Shown: positions 54,346 to 63,778 of the stretch, in pieces
Layout of the letters: each line of letters starts with the position of its first letter
Numbering within the stretch: position 1 is the stretch's first letter
Origin: Candidatus Methylomirabilota bacterium
GTDB taxonomy: Bacteria; Methylomirabilota; Methylomirabilia; Rokubacteriales; CSP1-6
DNA: 64,000 nt
Reading direction: 5' to 3'
Assembly (NCBI GenBank): GCA_035708525.1
Contig: DASSSH010000026.1
Coordinates: 478 to 64,477, forward strand
Program-made: the position numbers and the translations under genes
Notes under the pieces: generated by a model
What the model saw: only the letters and a program-made list of their open reading frames with translations
Database searches by the model: none
Told to the model about the DNA's origin: nothing

Positions 54346-55458
54346 TCATGCGCGCCGGAATCCGCTGAGGACCGGCAGCATGTCCCGCACGCGGTCCCGC
54401 CATCGCTCCCGGTACACGCGCTTGATCTCCTGCCAGGCCCGGCCCATCCACACCAGCAGGACGAGCAGGAGCAGGTTGGCGATGACAAAGCGGGGCCAGT
54501 GGTTGAGGCGGATCCCGAGCCACTCGTTGATCAGGGTCAGCACGATCAGGTGGTGGGTGAAGTAGAGGAACAGCGCCGTCTGGCCGAGGATGACCAGCCA
54601 GCGGACGGGGAGGCGGAGGATCTCGACGAGCCAGTAGAACAGGGCCATCTGGCAGAAGACCATCCCCATGACCCAGGCCAGCGTGGCGCCTCGCGGGGTC
54701 CAGTGGTTGTTGAGCGAGAAGTCGCGCGTGAACATCCATTGCTTCGAGGTCTGGGCCCACCAGTCCCAGCCAAAGAACCAGAGGAGGCACAGCACGCCCG
54801 CCGCCGCCATCACCCACATGTACCGCGCACGCGCCGGCTTGTCGGGCTGCTGCACCCACCAGCCGCCCAGCACGAGGCCCACCAGGACCAGGCACAGCCA
54901 GGGCCAGGGCGGAAACTCGAAGAAGAAGATCTTCGAGAACGCCGGGTGTATCTGGACCCACTGGGTGAGCTGCGGGAACGTCCACCAGAAGACGAGATAG
55001 CCGAGGGCCGCGAGGGCGAGCAGCCCCCACTGGGCGGCACGCGAGCGCAGCAGCAGCGCGCCCGGCGTCGCGATGAGGATGCTGAAGCCGATCGTCTGCA
55101 GCACGCCGTTGTTCCAGACGGTTTTCCAGAGCGGCGGATCGGGGAAGACCAGGAGGTTGAGCAGCAGCCCCGCCACGATGAGCCGGACCCCGCGCGTGAG
55201 GCCCTTCGAGAGCGCGGCGACGGCTGATTCGCTCTTCGAGGTGGACAGCGGCACGCAGAAGCCGACGAGGAAGAGGAACATCGGCGCCGCCAGGGTCAGC
55301 GTGACGTAGATGAGGTAGTAGCGCGGCCACCGCATGGAGCCGTCCTGCCACCACCGTGGGGTGTGGTTCAGCACCATCAGGATCAGGGCCAGCCCGCGAA
55401 GAGCGTCGAGAAAGAGCAGCCGTTCCCGCTTGGGCCGGGGCTCCGCACTCGAATCCAC
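54346..55458 (-). CDS. DUF1624 (heparan-alpha-glucosaminide N-acetyltransferase-like) membrane acyltransferase
   Basis: RLLFLDALRGLALILMVLNHT followed by about 10 TM helices. Confidence 0.8.
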   Translation of the reverse strand: MDSSAEPRPKRERLLFLDALRGLALILMVLNHTPRWWQDGSMRWPRYYLIYVTLTLAAPMFLFLVGFCVPLSTSKSESAVAALSKGLTRGVRLIVAGLLLNLLVFPDPPLWKTVWNNGVLQTIGFSILIATPGALLLRSRAAQWGLLALAALGYLVFWWTFPQLTQWVQIHPAFSKIFFFEFPPWPWLCLVLVGLVLGGWWVQQPDKPARARYMWVMAAAGVLCLLWFFGWDWWAQTSKQWMFTRDFSLNNHWTPRGATLAWVMGMVFCQMALFYWLVEILRLPVRWLVILGQTALFLYFTHHLIVLTLINEWLGIRLNHWPRFVIANLLLLVLLVWMGRAWQEIKRVYRERWRDRVRDMLPVLSGFRRA

Positions 55459-55719
55459 CTGGGCTCTCCTTGTCGGTGAGCGGAACGGTGCATCCGCCGG
55501 CGTCAGTCTAGCGTGCCGGCCCTCACTCTGCCACCGCAGCGGTTGAGCCCTGGACGCCCGCGGTCACTGCGGGGCGAGAAGCGGCACCCGGGTGGGGCGC
55601 CGCTGCCCCGCGAGGGCGAGCCTCAGGCTCCTGCGCCCTTTGTTTTCGGGGCGTTGAGAAGGTACCAGTCCCTGGCACGCTTCCTGCTCCGTTCGTTATC
55701 ACGTGACCGGAGACCGAGC

Positions 55720-57648
55720 GTGATCTCAGAGCTCAATAAGGGCATCCTTGTCCCGGAATCCATCGGTCAAGAGCTCCGCCTGCAAGCCGCCGCGCTGGAG
55801 TCAGCCGCCAACGCCATCGTGATCGTGGATCTCTCGGGCGCCGTCGTCTGGGCGAACCCGGCCTTCTCCCGGCTCACGGGGTTCGCCCTCGAGGAGGTGC
55901 TGGGAGAAGATCTGCGCCTGCTCAAGTCCGGCCAGCAGCCGCCCGAGTTCTACAAGGAGCTGTGGGAGACGATCCTCTCGGGCCAGGTCTGGCAGGGGCA
56001 GCTCATCAACCGCCGGAGGGACGGCCGCTTCTACAACGAAGAGATGACCATCACGCCCGTGCGCGACGAGCAGGGCATCGTCACCCATTTCGTCGCGGTG
56101 AAGCAGGACGTCACCGAGCGGCGTCGTGCCGAAGAGAACCTTCAAGACTTGTATCGGCTGTTCCGATCCCTGATGCAGAACGCCCTCGACATCGTCACGA
56201 TCGTGGACGGAGACGGGATGATCCGCTACGGGAGCCCGTCCATCGAGCGGGTCCTGGGCTATACGCCGAGCGAGTTGGTGGGCCGGAGCGCGTTCGATTT
56301 CATGCCCGAGGAAGATGCCCGGAAGGTCGCCGAGCTCATCGCGCGGTCCGACGAGAAGCCCGGCTACGCGGCCTCGCTCGAGTTCCGCTTCCGTCACAAG
56401 GACGGTTCCTGGCACGTGCTCGAAGGTGTCGCCAAGGACATGCGCAAGGACTCGATCGTGGCCGGCATCGTCGTCAACTCGCGCGACGTCACCCAGCGCA
56501 AGCAGGTCGAGGATGAGCTCCAGCAGCAGCGCGAGGCCCGCTACCAGAGCGAGAAGCTGGCCGACATGGGAACCCTGCTGGCCGGCGTGGCACACGAGCT
56601 GAACAACCCGCTGGCCGTTGTCATGGGCTACTCCGCCATGCTCCAGGAGGCGCTCGCGGACGGCCCCCAGGCGCGCCGGGCGGGAAAGATCGTCAAGGCC
56701 GCCGACCGCTGCGTGCGGATCGTGCGCAACTTCCTCGCCCTGGCCCGCCACCATCGGCCCGAGCGCAAGGAAGTCCGACTCAACCAGGTCGTCGAGGAGG
56801 CCGTGGAGCTGCTCGCCTATCCGCTCCGCGTGGACGATGTGAACGTGACGCTCCGGCTGGCTCCCGAGCTGCCGGTGCTCTGGGCCGATCCGCACCAGCT
56901 GCATCAGGTCGTCGTCAACCTCATCACCAACGCCCATCAGGCCATGCGCGCGGCCGCGCCGCCCCGTCGGCTCGTCCTCACGACGACCGTCGATGCGGAC
57001 GGCGGGACAGTCGCGCTCGAGGTCGCGGACACTGGGCCGGGGATCCCGACCGAGATCCGGGCGCGGATCTTCGAGCCGTTCTTCACCACCAAGCCCGAGG
57101 GGCAGGGGACAGGGCTCGGGCTCCCGCTCTGCCAGGGCATCGTCGAGAGCCACGGCGGGACCATCCGGGTCGAGAGCGAGCCGGGGCACGGCGCTGCCTT
57201 CACCATCGAGATTCCGATCGTGGCGCCTCCCGCCGCCGAGGCGGCGGCACCCGATTCGGACGCGATCGTGGTCAAGCGGGGCGCGAAGATCCTGGTCGTG
57301 GACGACGAGCCCGAGGTGGGCAGGCTCCTGGCCGATGTCCTCGCCGTGGACGGCTACGAGGTGGACTCGGCAAGCGACGGCGCCGCGGCGCTGGAAAAGC
57401 TCGAGGAGTGCGACTACGATCTCATCCTGAGCGATCTGCGGATGCCGCGGCTCGACGGCCGGGGCCTCTACCGCGAGGTGGAGCAGCGCTGCCCCGCGCT
57501 GCTCTCGCGCTTCGTCTTTCTCACCGGGGACACGCTGAGCCAGGAGACGCGCACGTTCCTCGAGCAGGTCATGGCGCCCGCCCTGAACAAGCCGTTCGAC
57601 TTCAGTCAGGTCCGTGCCGTCGTGGCACGCGCGCTCCAGGGGCGCTGA
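55720..57648 (+). CDS. hybrid sensor histidine kinase/response regulator with two PAS domains
   Basis: PAS motifs ([12 protein letters not shown]; [14 protein letters not shown]), H-box [14 protein letters not shown] boxes, and a receiver domain ILVVDDEP...[10 protein letters not shown]. The GTG 55720 start is tentative; the ORF is open from 55513. Confidence 0.85.
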   Translation: MISELNKGILVPESIGQELRLQAAALESAANAIVIVDLSGAVVWANPAFSRLTGFALEEVLGEDLRLLKSGQQPPEFYKELWETILSGQVWQGQLINRRRDGRFYNEEMTITPVRDEQGIVTHFVAVKQDVTERRRAEENLQDLYRLFRSLMQNALDIVTIVDGDGMIRYGSPSIERVLGYTPSELVGRSAFDFMPEEDARKVAELIARSDEKPGYAASLEFRFRHKDGSWHVLEGVAKDMRKDSIVAGIVVNSRDVTQRKQVEDELQQQREARYQSEKLADMGTLLAGVAHELNNPLAVVMGYSAMLQEALADGPQARRAGKIVKAADRCVRIVRNFLALARHHRPERKEVRLNQVVEEAVELLAYPLRVDDVNVTLRLAPELPVLWADPHQLHQVVVNLITNAHQAMRAAAPPRRLVLTTTVDADGGTVALEVADTGPGIPTEIRARIFEPFFTTKPEGQGTGLGLPLCQGIVESHGGTIRVESEPGHGAAFTIEIPIVAPPAAEAAAPDSDAIVVKRGAKILVVDDEPEVGRLLADVLAVDGYEVDSASDGAAALEKLEECDYDLILSDLRMPRLDGRGLYREVEQRCPALLSRFVFLTGDTLSQETRTFLEQVMAPALNKPFDFSQVRAVVARALQGR

Positions 57649-57664
57649 CGCCGCGGCCCGCGGC

Positions 57665-59296
57665 TCAGCGCTGATACTTGGTCGGAGTCCGGCGGGGCAG
57701 GAAGAAGACGGGGCGCGACATCCGGCCCACCGGCACCTCGATCAGCACCGGCCGGTCCATCTGGACGGCCTCCGAAACGAGACGGCCCACCTCAGTGGGT
57801 TCTTTTGCGCGCAGGCCACGCACCCCGAAGGCCTCGGCCAGCTTCATGAAGTCGGGGTTGGAGAGCTCGGCGCCGTAGGCGCCGCCCCACGATTCGTCCA
57901 GGTCCCGCGCGACGTTGCCGTAGGCGTTGTCGTTGAAGACCACGCTGACCACGTTGATCTTGTACCGGACGGCGGTGGCCAGCTCCTGGGCGTTGTACAT
58001 GAAGCCGCCGTCTCCCGAGACGGCGACGACCGGCCGATCCGGCTGGGCGACCTTGGCTCCCAGCGCCACCGGGAAGGCGTAGCCGAGGTTGCCGGAGTAG
58101 GACGAGCTCAGATAGGTCCGCGGCGCGTACACGGGCCAGAACGGGCGCGAGTAGTAGCCGATCTGGTTCATCCCGGCGACCAGGATGGCGTCCTCCGGCG
58201 TCCCGGCGCGCAGGCTCTTGAGGATCGAGGCCTGAGGCTCCTGGGTGGCGAGGGCGGCCACCTGACCCCGCAGCGCCTGGAACTCCGCCTTGCGCGAGGG
58301 CTTCGGCGGCCCGGCGGCGCGCAGTCGCTCCAGCAGCGCTTCGAGCGTTGCCCGCCCATCGCCGACCAGTCCCACCGCCACCGGATGATTGCGGCCGATC
58401 TCTTCCGGGTCCACGTCGAGCTGGATGATGCGCTGGTCGCGCTGGAAGGAGACGAGCGCCAGTCGTGAGCCCACGGCGAGCACCACGTCGGCCGCGTGCA
58501 CGTGGGCGCGCAGCGGTGATTCGCGCCAGAAGGCCGCGCCCAGGGCGAGATCGCTGTGGTCGCTCACGGCGCCCTTGCCCTCCGCGGAGGTGACGACGCC
58601 CGCCTGGAGGTGCTCGGCGACCGCGGCCAGGGCATCGTGGCAGCCCGAGAGGTGGACGCCGCCGCCGGCGTAGATGACGGGCGCCGCGGCGGCGAGCAGC
58701 AGCTCGGCGGCGCGGTCGAGGTCGGCGGCCGGCGCGGGGGACCGGGTGACGGTCGGGGGCTCGATGAGCTCGACCTCGCCTTCGTCCTCCATGGTCTCCG
58801 GCGGCATCTCGATCTCGACGGGGCGGGGCCGGCCGGTCCGGAGCTGCGTGACGGCCTCGCTCACGGCCGCGGGGATCTCGCCGATCTCGAGGACGCGCCG
58901 GCGCCACTTGGTCACGGGAGCGATGGCGTCGAGCTGGTCGTTGACCTCGTGGAGGAGCCCGATGTTCTTGCCGATGCTGGCCCGCGGGATCTGGCCCGCA
59001 ATCATCAGGACCGGGGAGGAGGCGGCGTAGGCCGTGCTCAGCCCGGACATGGCGTTGAGGAGCCCGGGGCCCGGGACCACGAGCGCGGTGCCGAAGTCTC
59101 CGCCGGCGCGCGCATAGCCGTCGGCCATGAAGCTCGTGGCCTGCTCGTGGCGTGTCGCGATGAAGCGGATCCGCGGCTCGTCGCGCAGCGCCGCCATCAC
59201 GCCGTAGAGCTGGACGCCGGGCAACCCGAAGATCACCCGCACGCCGGCGGCGAACAGGGAGCGGACGAGCGCCTCCCCGCCGGTCATCACCGCCAT
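57665..59296 (-). CDS. thiamine pyrophosphate-dependent enzyme (acetolactate synthase large-subunit-like)
   Basis: [53 protein letters not shown]. Confidence 0.9.
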   Translation of the reverse strand: MAVMTGGEALVRSLFAAGVRVIFGLPGVQLYGVMAALRDEPRIRFIATRHEQATSFMADGYARAGGDFGTALVVPGPGLLNAMSGLSTAYAASSPVLMIAGQIPRASIGKNIGLLHEVNDQLDAIAPVTKWRRRVLEIGEIPAAVSEAVTQLRTGRPRPVEIEMPPETMEDEGEVELIEPPTVTRSPAPAADLDRAAELLLAAAAPVIYAGGGVHLSGCHDALAAVAEHLQAGVVTSAEGKGAVSDHSDLALGAAFWRESPLRAHVHAADVVLAVGSRLALVSFQRDQRIIQLDVDPEEIGRNHPVAVGLVGDGRATLEALLERLRAAGPPKPSRKAEFQALRGQVAALATQEPQASILKSLRAGTPEDAILVAGMNQIGYYSRPFWPVYAPRTYLSSSYSGNLGYAFPVALGAKVAQPDRPVVAVSGDGGFMYNAQELATAVRYKINVVSVVFNDNAYGNVARDLDESWGGAYGAELSNPDFMKLAEAFGVRGLRAKEPTEVGRLVSEAVQMDRPVLIEVPVGRMSRPVFFLPRRTPTKYQR

Positions 59297-59452
59297 CGTG
59301 TAAGCTCCCCTCGCAGGGCCTCGTGCGTGCCAGGCATCACGACGGGGCAGTATACCAGACGGGCGCTCGCTTGACGCCCCGCCGCCTCGCTGCAACAATC
59401 CGGGCGACGCCGAGGCGACGCGAACGACCCATTCGAGCCGCGGAGGGGAGCC

Positions 59453-60016
59453 ATGCCCATCACACGGATGCTGGAGCTCGACGAGCTGGAGCCGGCCCTG
59501 CGCGAGGCGGCGGAGAAGTGGGGCGCCCAGGGCGGCAACGTGAACATGCACCGGGTATTCGGCCAGATGCCCGACTTCTTCAAGAAGTTCGTCGAGTTCT
59601 ACGGGCCGCTGGTCAACCACGGGCGCGTCCCCGTGCGCGTCAAGGAGCTGGCGCGCATCCGTGTGGCCAACCTCAACGAGTGCCACTACTGACAGAAGAC
59701 CCGCTACGCCTTGGCAAGGCGGGTGACGAGGGAAGCCGAGCTCGAGCGGGTGGACGACTTCGAGGCCGCTGAGTTCAGCCCGGCGGAGAAGGCCGTGCTG
59801 CGCTTCACCGAGGCTTTCTACCGCGACCACAAGACGGTTCCCGATTCGGTGTGGAGCGACTTGCGCCGGCACTACAGCGAGCCCGAGATCATCGAGCTCG
59901 CCTGGACGATCGCGGCCTACATCATGCTGGGCAAGCTGATCTACGCCTTCCGCATTCCGTACGGTGACGAGGGCAGCGGGCCCCGAGGCGGAGCCATCCC
60001 GGAGGAACGCCCATGA
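59453..60016 (+). CDS. carboxymuconolactone decarboxylase/AhpD-like family selenoprotein (UGA 59690-59692 read as Sec)
   Basis: ORFs 59453..59692 and 59711..60016 are in the same frame. The junction reads VKELARIRVANLNECHY-[TGA]-QKTRYAL, i.e. CxxC with TGA at the second Cys. The downstream FSPAEKAVLRFTEAF...EIIELAWTIA is CMD-like. The stop overlaps the next gene's start (ATGA). Confidence 0.78.
59707..59721 (+). promoter_or_regulatory. putative bacterial SECIS hairpin for UGA 59690
   Basis: CGCCUU-GGC-AAGGCG, starting 14 nt after the UGA. An alternative outer pairing is CCCGC/GCGGG (59700-59723). Confidence 0.5.
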
Positions 60017-60807
60017 CCAACGATCTCCTGGAAACGGTCAAGGACGGCGTGGCCGTCCTCACTCTCAACCGGCCCGAGCGGCTGAACGCCATGTCGCGGG
60101 CGATGCTCGACGCGCTGCTCGAGGCGCTGCCCCGCCTCGCGGAGGATCCGGCCGTCGGCGCGGTGGTGCTCACCGGCGCCGGGCGCGGCTTCTGCGCAGG
60201 GGGCGACGTCAAGGCCATGGCCGAAGGGCAGGAGCTGGGCGGCGACACGCTCGAGGACAAGGCCCAGGCCCTGCGCGGCCGCATGGAGGTCTCGCGCTGG
60301 CTGCACGAGCTGCCCAAGCCCACGATCGCCATGGTGCGAGGCGCCGCCGCCGGCGCCGGGCTCTCCCTGGCGATGGCCTGCGACATGCGCATCGCCGGCG
60401 ACAGCGCGCGCTTCGGCACGGCCTTCGCCCGCGTCGGGTACTCGGGCGACTTCGGCGGCAGCTTCTTCCTCACCCAACTGGTGGGGACGGCCAAGGCGCG
60501 GGAGCTCTACTTCACCGCCGATCTGCTGGACGCCCAGCAAGCCCTGGCCCTCGGCCTCGTCAACCGCGTCGTATCCGACGCGCGGCTCGAGGAGGAGACG
60601 ATGGAGCTGGCCGGGCGCCTGGCGCGCGGCCCGCGCATCGCCTATCGCTACATGAAGCGCAATCTGAACGCCGCCGAGAGCGGCACGCTCAAGGAGCTGC
60701 TGGATCTGGAGGCCCTGCATCACACCCGCTGCGGGATGACCGAGGACCACCGGGAGGCCGCGCGGGCCTTCGTGGAGAAGCGGGAGCCGGTCTTCCGCGG
60801 CCGCTAA
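60013..60807 (+). CDS. enoyl-CoA hydratase/isomerase family protein
   Basis: VVLTGAGRGFCAGGD, KPTIAMVRGAAAGAGLSLAMACDMRIA, EDHREAARAFVEKREPVF. Confidence 0.9.
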   Translation: MTNDLLETVKDGVAVLTLNRPERLNAMSRAMLDALLEALPRLAEDPAVGAVVLTGAGRGFCAGGDVKAMAEGQELGGDTLEDKAQALRGRMEVSRWLHELPKPTIAMVRGAAAGAGLSLAMACDMRIAGDSARFGTAFARVGYSGDFGGSFFLTQLVGTAKARELYFTADLLDAQQALALGLVNRVVSDARLEEETMELAGRLARGPRIAYRYMKRNLNAAESGTLKELLDLEALHHTRCGMTEDHREAARAFVEKREPVFRGR

Positions 60808-60903
60808 CCCGGCAGCCTGGTCACTCGTTAACGGCGGGCCAGTTCCCAAGCTGGCTAACGCCGGGGTGAGCGGCGCGCGAAGCGCGTCCGTTCGACTGCG
60901 AAG

Positions 60904-61203
60904 TTATCTGTCCCGTCTGCGCTTCCACGTGCGAGGATCACGAGCGCCGTGGAAAATCGCATACACGAGGATCTCAGAGGTCTCGACCTCGTAGAAGATC
61001 GCGTATGGGAATCGACGAACGAGTGCTCTCCGCATATTGGGGTCGACCAAGGCATACGCCTCGGGATGCCGCTGGATCGACGCGAGCGATGCGTTGACGG
61101 TGGCAAGGAAGTCGGCAGCCAACCGAGGTGCCTGCCGATGGTACCAGAGGTGGGCCTCGTCAAGATCGAGCTCTGCCTCCGGGGTGAGGCGAAGTCGCTT
61201 CAC
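60904..61203 (-). CDS. type II toxin, ParE/RelE superfamily
   Basis: EAELDLDEAHLWY, RRFPYAIFYEVETSEILVYAIFHGARDP. The junction overlaps the antitoxin gene. Confidence 0.8.
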   Translation of the reverse strand: MKRLRLTPEAELDLDEAHLWYHRQAPRLAADFLATVNASLASIQRHPEAYALVDPNMRRALVRRFPYAIFYEVETSEILVYAIFHGARDPRTWKRRRDR

Positions 61204-61424
61204 TTCCGGCGTTGGAGCCTAGCACGTACCTCTGCCCAGGGCTTCGCGGCGGATGGATTCCGAGCGTGGGCACGCCGCCGCCGCGCGAGTTCCTTGCGCT
61301 GCCCATCGGTCACAGGAACGGCTTCGGGCGTCTCGACGAGGCTGTCCCAGATCTCCTCGAGTAGCTGCAGCCGATCAGAGACGCTGAGCGATTGGATCTC
61401 TTTGCGTACGATGCTCATGGGCAA
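61200..61424 (-). CDS. putative addiction-module antitoxin component
   Basis: LSVSDRLQLLEEIWDSL.....VPVTDGQRKELARR matches the addiction-module-component family pattern. Confidence 0.72.
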   Translation of the reverse strand: MPMSIVRKEIQSLSVSDRLQLLEEIWDSLVETPEAVPVTDGQRKELARRRRAHARNPSAAKPWAEVRARLQRRK

Positions 61425-61561
61425 ATTCTCCGCTTCTTGTTCAGTGACCGCAAGTCCCGGTCAGTGTGGATAACGTGCAGGCTCAGCGGCCGCGGGCGAG
61501 CAACGCGAGCCCGCGGCCCGCTGAAGCCTGATGTTCGACGCCCCCTTGTCCGGCCACCCGA

Positions 61562-62587
61562 TCATTCGATCACCTGGTCGGCGCGGAGGAGCACCGAGGG
61601 CGGGATCGTCAAGCCAAGCGCCTTGGCTGTCTTGAGGTTGATGACCATCTCGAACTTGGTGGGCTGTTCCACTGGAAGATCACTGGGCTTCGCTCCCTTG
61701 AGGATGCTGTCGATGTAGACTCCCGCGCGATGGTACTGTTCGGCTTGATTCGGCCCGTAGCACATCAGGATCCCTTCTCGGACATGCTGGGGGAGAAACG
61801 CTATCGTCGGGAGCCGGTTCTTGATCGCCCAATTGGCGATCCTCTGAACGTTAGGGACCGGAAATACGAGCAAAGCGTCCTGACGTTGCCTCAGGGCAGC
61901 CGCGAAGGCGGCGTCGAGATTCGCTGCCGTTCGCACGTCAAACCGCTGTAGTGTGACGCCCAAGATCTTGGCTGCGGCGTCCATGTGCCTATCGGCTAAC
62001 GTCTGGCCTGGATTCGTTGGATCCATCAACAACGCCACCCGAGAAACCGATGGAGCAGCCTCCTTCAGGGTCTCGAGGGCCTTGGGGGCTAGGTCGGCGG
62101 TCAGGACAGACAAGCCCGTGACGTTCCCTCCGGGTCGGGCCAGGCTGGTCACGAGCCCACTCTCGACGGGATCGCCGGCGTAGACCATGACAATCGGAAT
62201 CGTCTTCGTCGCCTGCTTGGCCGCCCGGGCGGATGGCGTACCCAAAGCGAGGATTACGTCAACCTTTAGTCTAACGAGTTCGGCCGCGAGGGCAGGCAGG
62301 CGGTTAGTCGCCTCTGGTGCAGATCGGCATTCAATGATGATGTTCTGGCTCTCGACGTAACCGCGTTCGTGCAGCCCTCGACGGAATGGATCCATAATGT
62401 CGGCACGAATCGGACACCCTGTGTATAAGGACAGAAACCCTATCCGGTACACCTTCCCCGCCTGCGCGTGGGCAGCGCCAGGTAGGGCAAAGGCGAACAG
62501 GAGCCACACCAGTATGAGGGCGGGGGCTCTTTTCGAAATCACTGATTTTGGGACCCGACACCAACGGTGGCCGCGAGTCAGTCGCAT
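61562..62587 (-). CDS. ABC transporter substrate-binding protein (ABC_sub_bind/PF04392-like)
   Basis: Signal peptide ...LLFAFALPGAAHA, then KVYRIGFLS and PIVMVYAGDPV. The start is uncertain; the ORF is open to 62647. Confidence 0.78.
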   Translation of the reverse strand: MRLTRGHRWCRVPKSVISKRAPALILVWLLFAFALPGAAHAQAGKVYRIGFLSLYTGCPIRADIMDPFRRGLHERGYVESQNIIIECRSAPEATNRLPALAAELVRLKVDVILALGTPSARAAKQATKTIPIVMVYAGDPVESGLVTSLARPGGNVTGLSVLTADLAPKALETLKEAAPSVSRVALLMDPTNPGQTLADRHMDAAAKILGVTLQRFDVRTAANLDAAFAAALRQRQDALLVFPVPNVQRIANWAIKNRLPTIAFLPQHVREGILMCYGPNQAEQYHRAGVYIDSILKGAKPSDLPVEQPTKFEMVINLKTAKALGLTIPPSVLLRADQVIE

Positions 62588-62665
62588 CGTCGTCCGCGGG
62601 TGCGGCGAACTAGAATTCGGCTGCAGGATAGGCCGGTCAGCGTTCACGGTAAACCCTGCGAGAAC

Positions 62666-62775
62666 CTGCAGCCTATCCCGATCGAGTTTTGGTAGCGGGC
62701 TTCGCGCAGAAATCCCCGGCCGCGACGCACTTCTAGTCGGGCCCCGAAGCTCTTATCCGCCAAGATAGGCTGCAG
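62666..62775. repeat. 12-bp perfect inverted repeat pair (CTGCAGCCTATC ... GATAGGCTGCAG) flanking about 86 bp of lower-GC non-coding DNA
   Basis: The arms are at 62666-62677 and 62764-62775. A related half-swapped copy, CTGCAGGATAGG, is at 62621-62632. Confidence 0.6.
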
Positions 62776-62838
62776 ACCCGCGCCGCGTATCTTGGCAGAT
62801 TTTCCCGAAAACGCAGCGAGGTATATCAAGCCAAGTGA

Positions 62839-63543
62839 CTAGCGGCGCGCGGCGGCGCGGCCGACCTGCCAGCCGAGATACAGGACGGCCGCCGCGGCGC
62901 CGGCCAGCACCGCGGTCGCGGCCAGGGTGGACAATTCCGACATCCACTTGATCGTCCCGCTCGACAGCCCGGCGAAGGCCAGCCCGAGCACCGGGAGGAC
63001 GGGGGCGCCGCAGCCGGTCACCGTGCAGGGCCCGGTGGACAGCCCAAGCGTGGTCACGAACGCCCCCACGACGCCGCCCTGCTTGGAGCGCCGCAGTCCC
63101 CAGCCGTGAGCCGCCACGGTATCGCGGCGGTAGACCCAGAGCGCGAAGTAGGCTCCGAAGAGCAGAGCCATCACGATGAACCGGAAGAGATCGGTCACCG
63201 TCACCGCGAAGCCCCACTCGGGCTCGATGGAGCCGGCCGAGACGAACCAGAAGAGGGCCAGCTGCGGCAGGAACTCGATCTTGCGCGAGAGCGGCACCTT
63301 GGCCGAGGCGACGAAGTCGGGCAAGTTCTTGAGCCAGGGGTTCAGGGTGAAGGACGTCATCGGCTTTCGGGCGACCGAGAGGACCAGGGGAGGCAGGAAG
63401 ACGTCCAGAAGAAAGATGGCGAGGGCGACGGCGGCGAAGATCTTCCAGCGGCTCTTCACCGCGAGCCCGATCCCTCTCAGAGCCTGGGCGGCGCCGGTCA
63501 TGGCCTGTGCAGCGATTATAGGGTTAGAGTCAGCCGGGCGCAC
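62839..63543 (-). CDS. integral membrane protein, hypothetical
   Basis: Several TM helices, a CTVTGCGAPVLPVLG motif and high GC3. The start could be 63543 or 63501. Confidence 0.6.
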   Translation of the reverse strand: MRPADSNPIIAAQAMTGAAQALRGIGLAVKSRWKIFAAVALAIFLLDVFLPPLVLSVARKPMTSFTLNPWLKNLPDFVASAKVPLSRKIEFLPQLALFWFVSAGSIEPEWGFAVTVTDLFRFIVMALLFGAYFALWVYRRDTVAAHGWGLRRSKQGGVVGAFVTTLGLSTGPCTVTGCGAPVLPVLGLAFAGLSSGTIKWMSELSTLAATAVLAGAAAAVLYLGWQVGRAAARR

Positions 63544-63778
63544 GGCAAGAGCGTCTGTGACGCACCGCGTTCAAGCGACTGCGCCGCCCTGCCTTTTCCA
63601 ACATTCGCGGAACTTTCCTCGGGGGATGGCGGTTTCCGGAACGACTGTCGTGAGTCCAGCCGGCGATGCGCGCTGTCCTGCCTCAGCATTCCCCTTGACA
63701 GGGCAGGGCCCTTGGCGTGATAAACGGGGCGCCTGACCGTGCCGGCTCTTCAACGTTTCCTCACCTAGGAGGGACACC

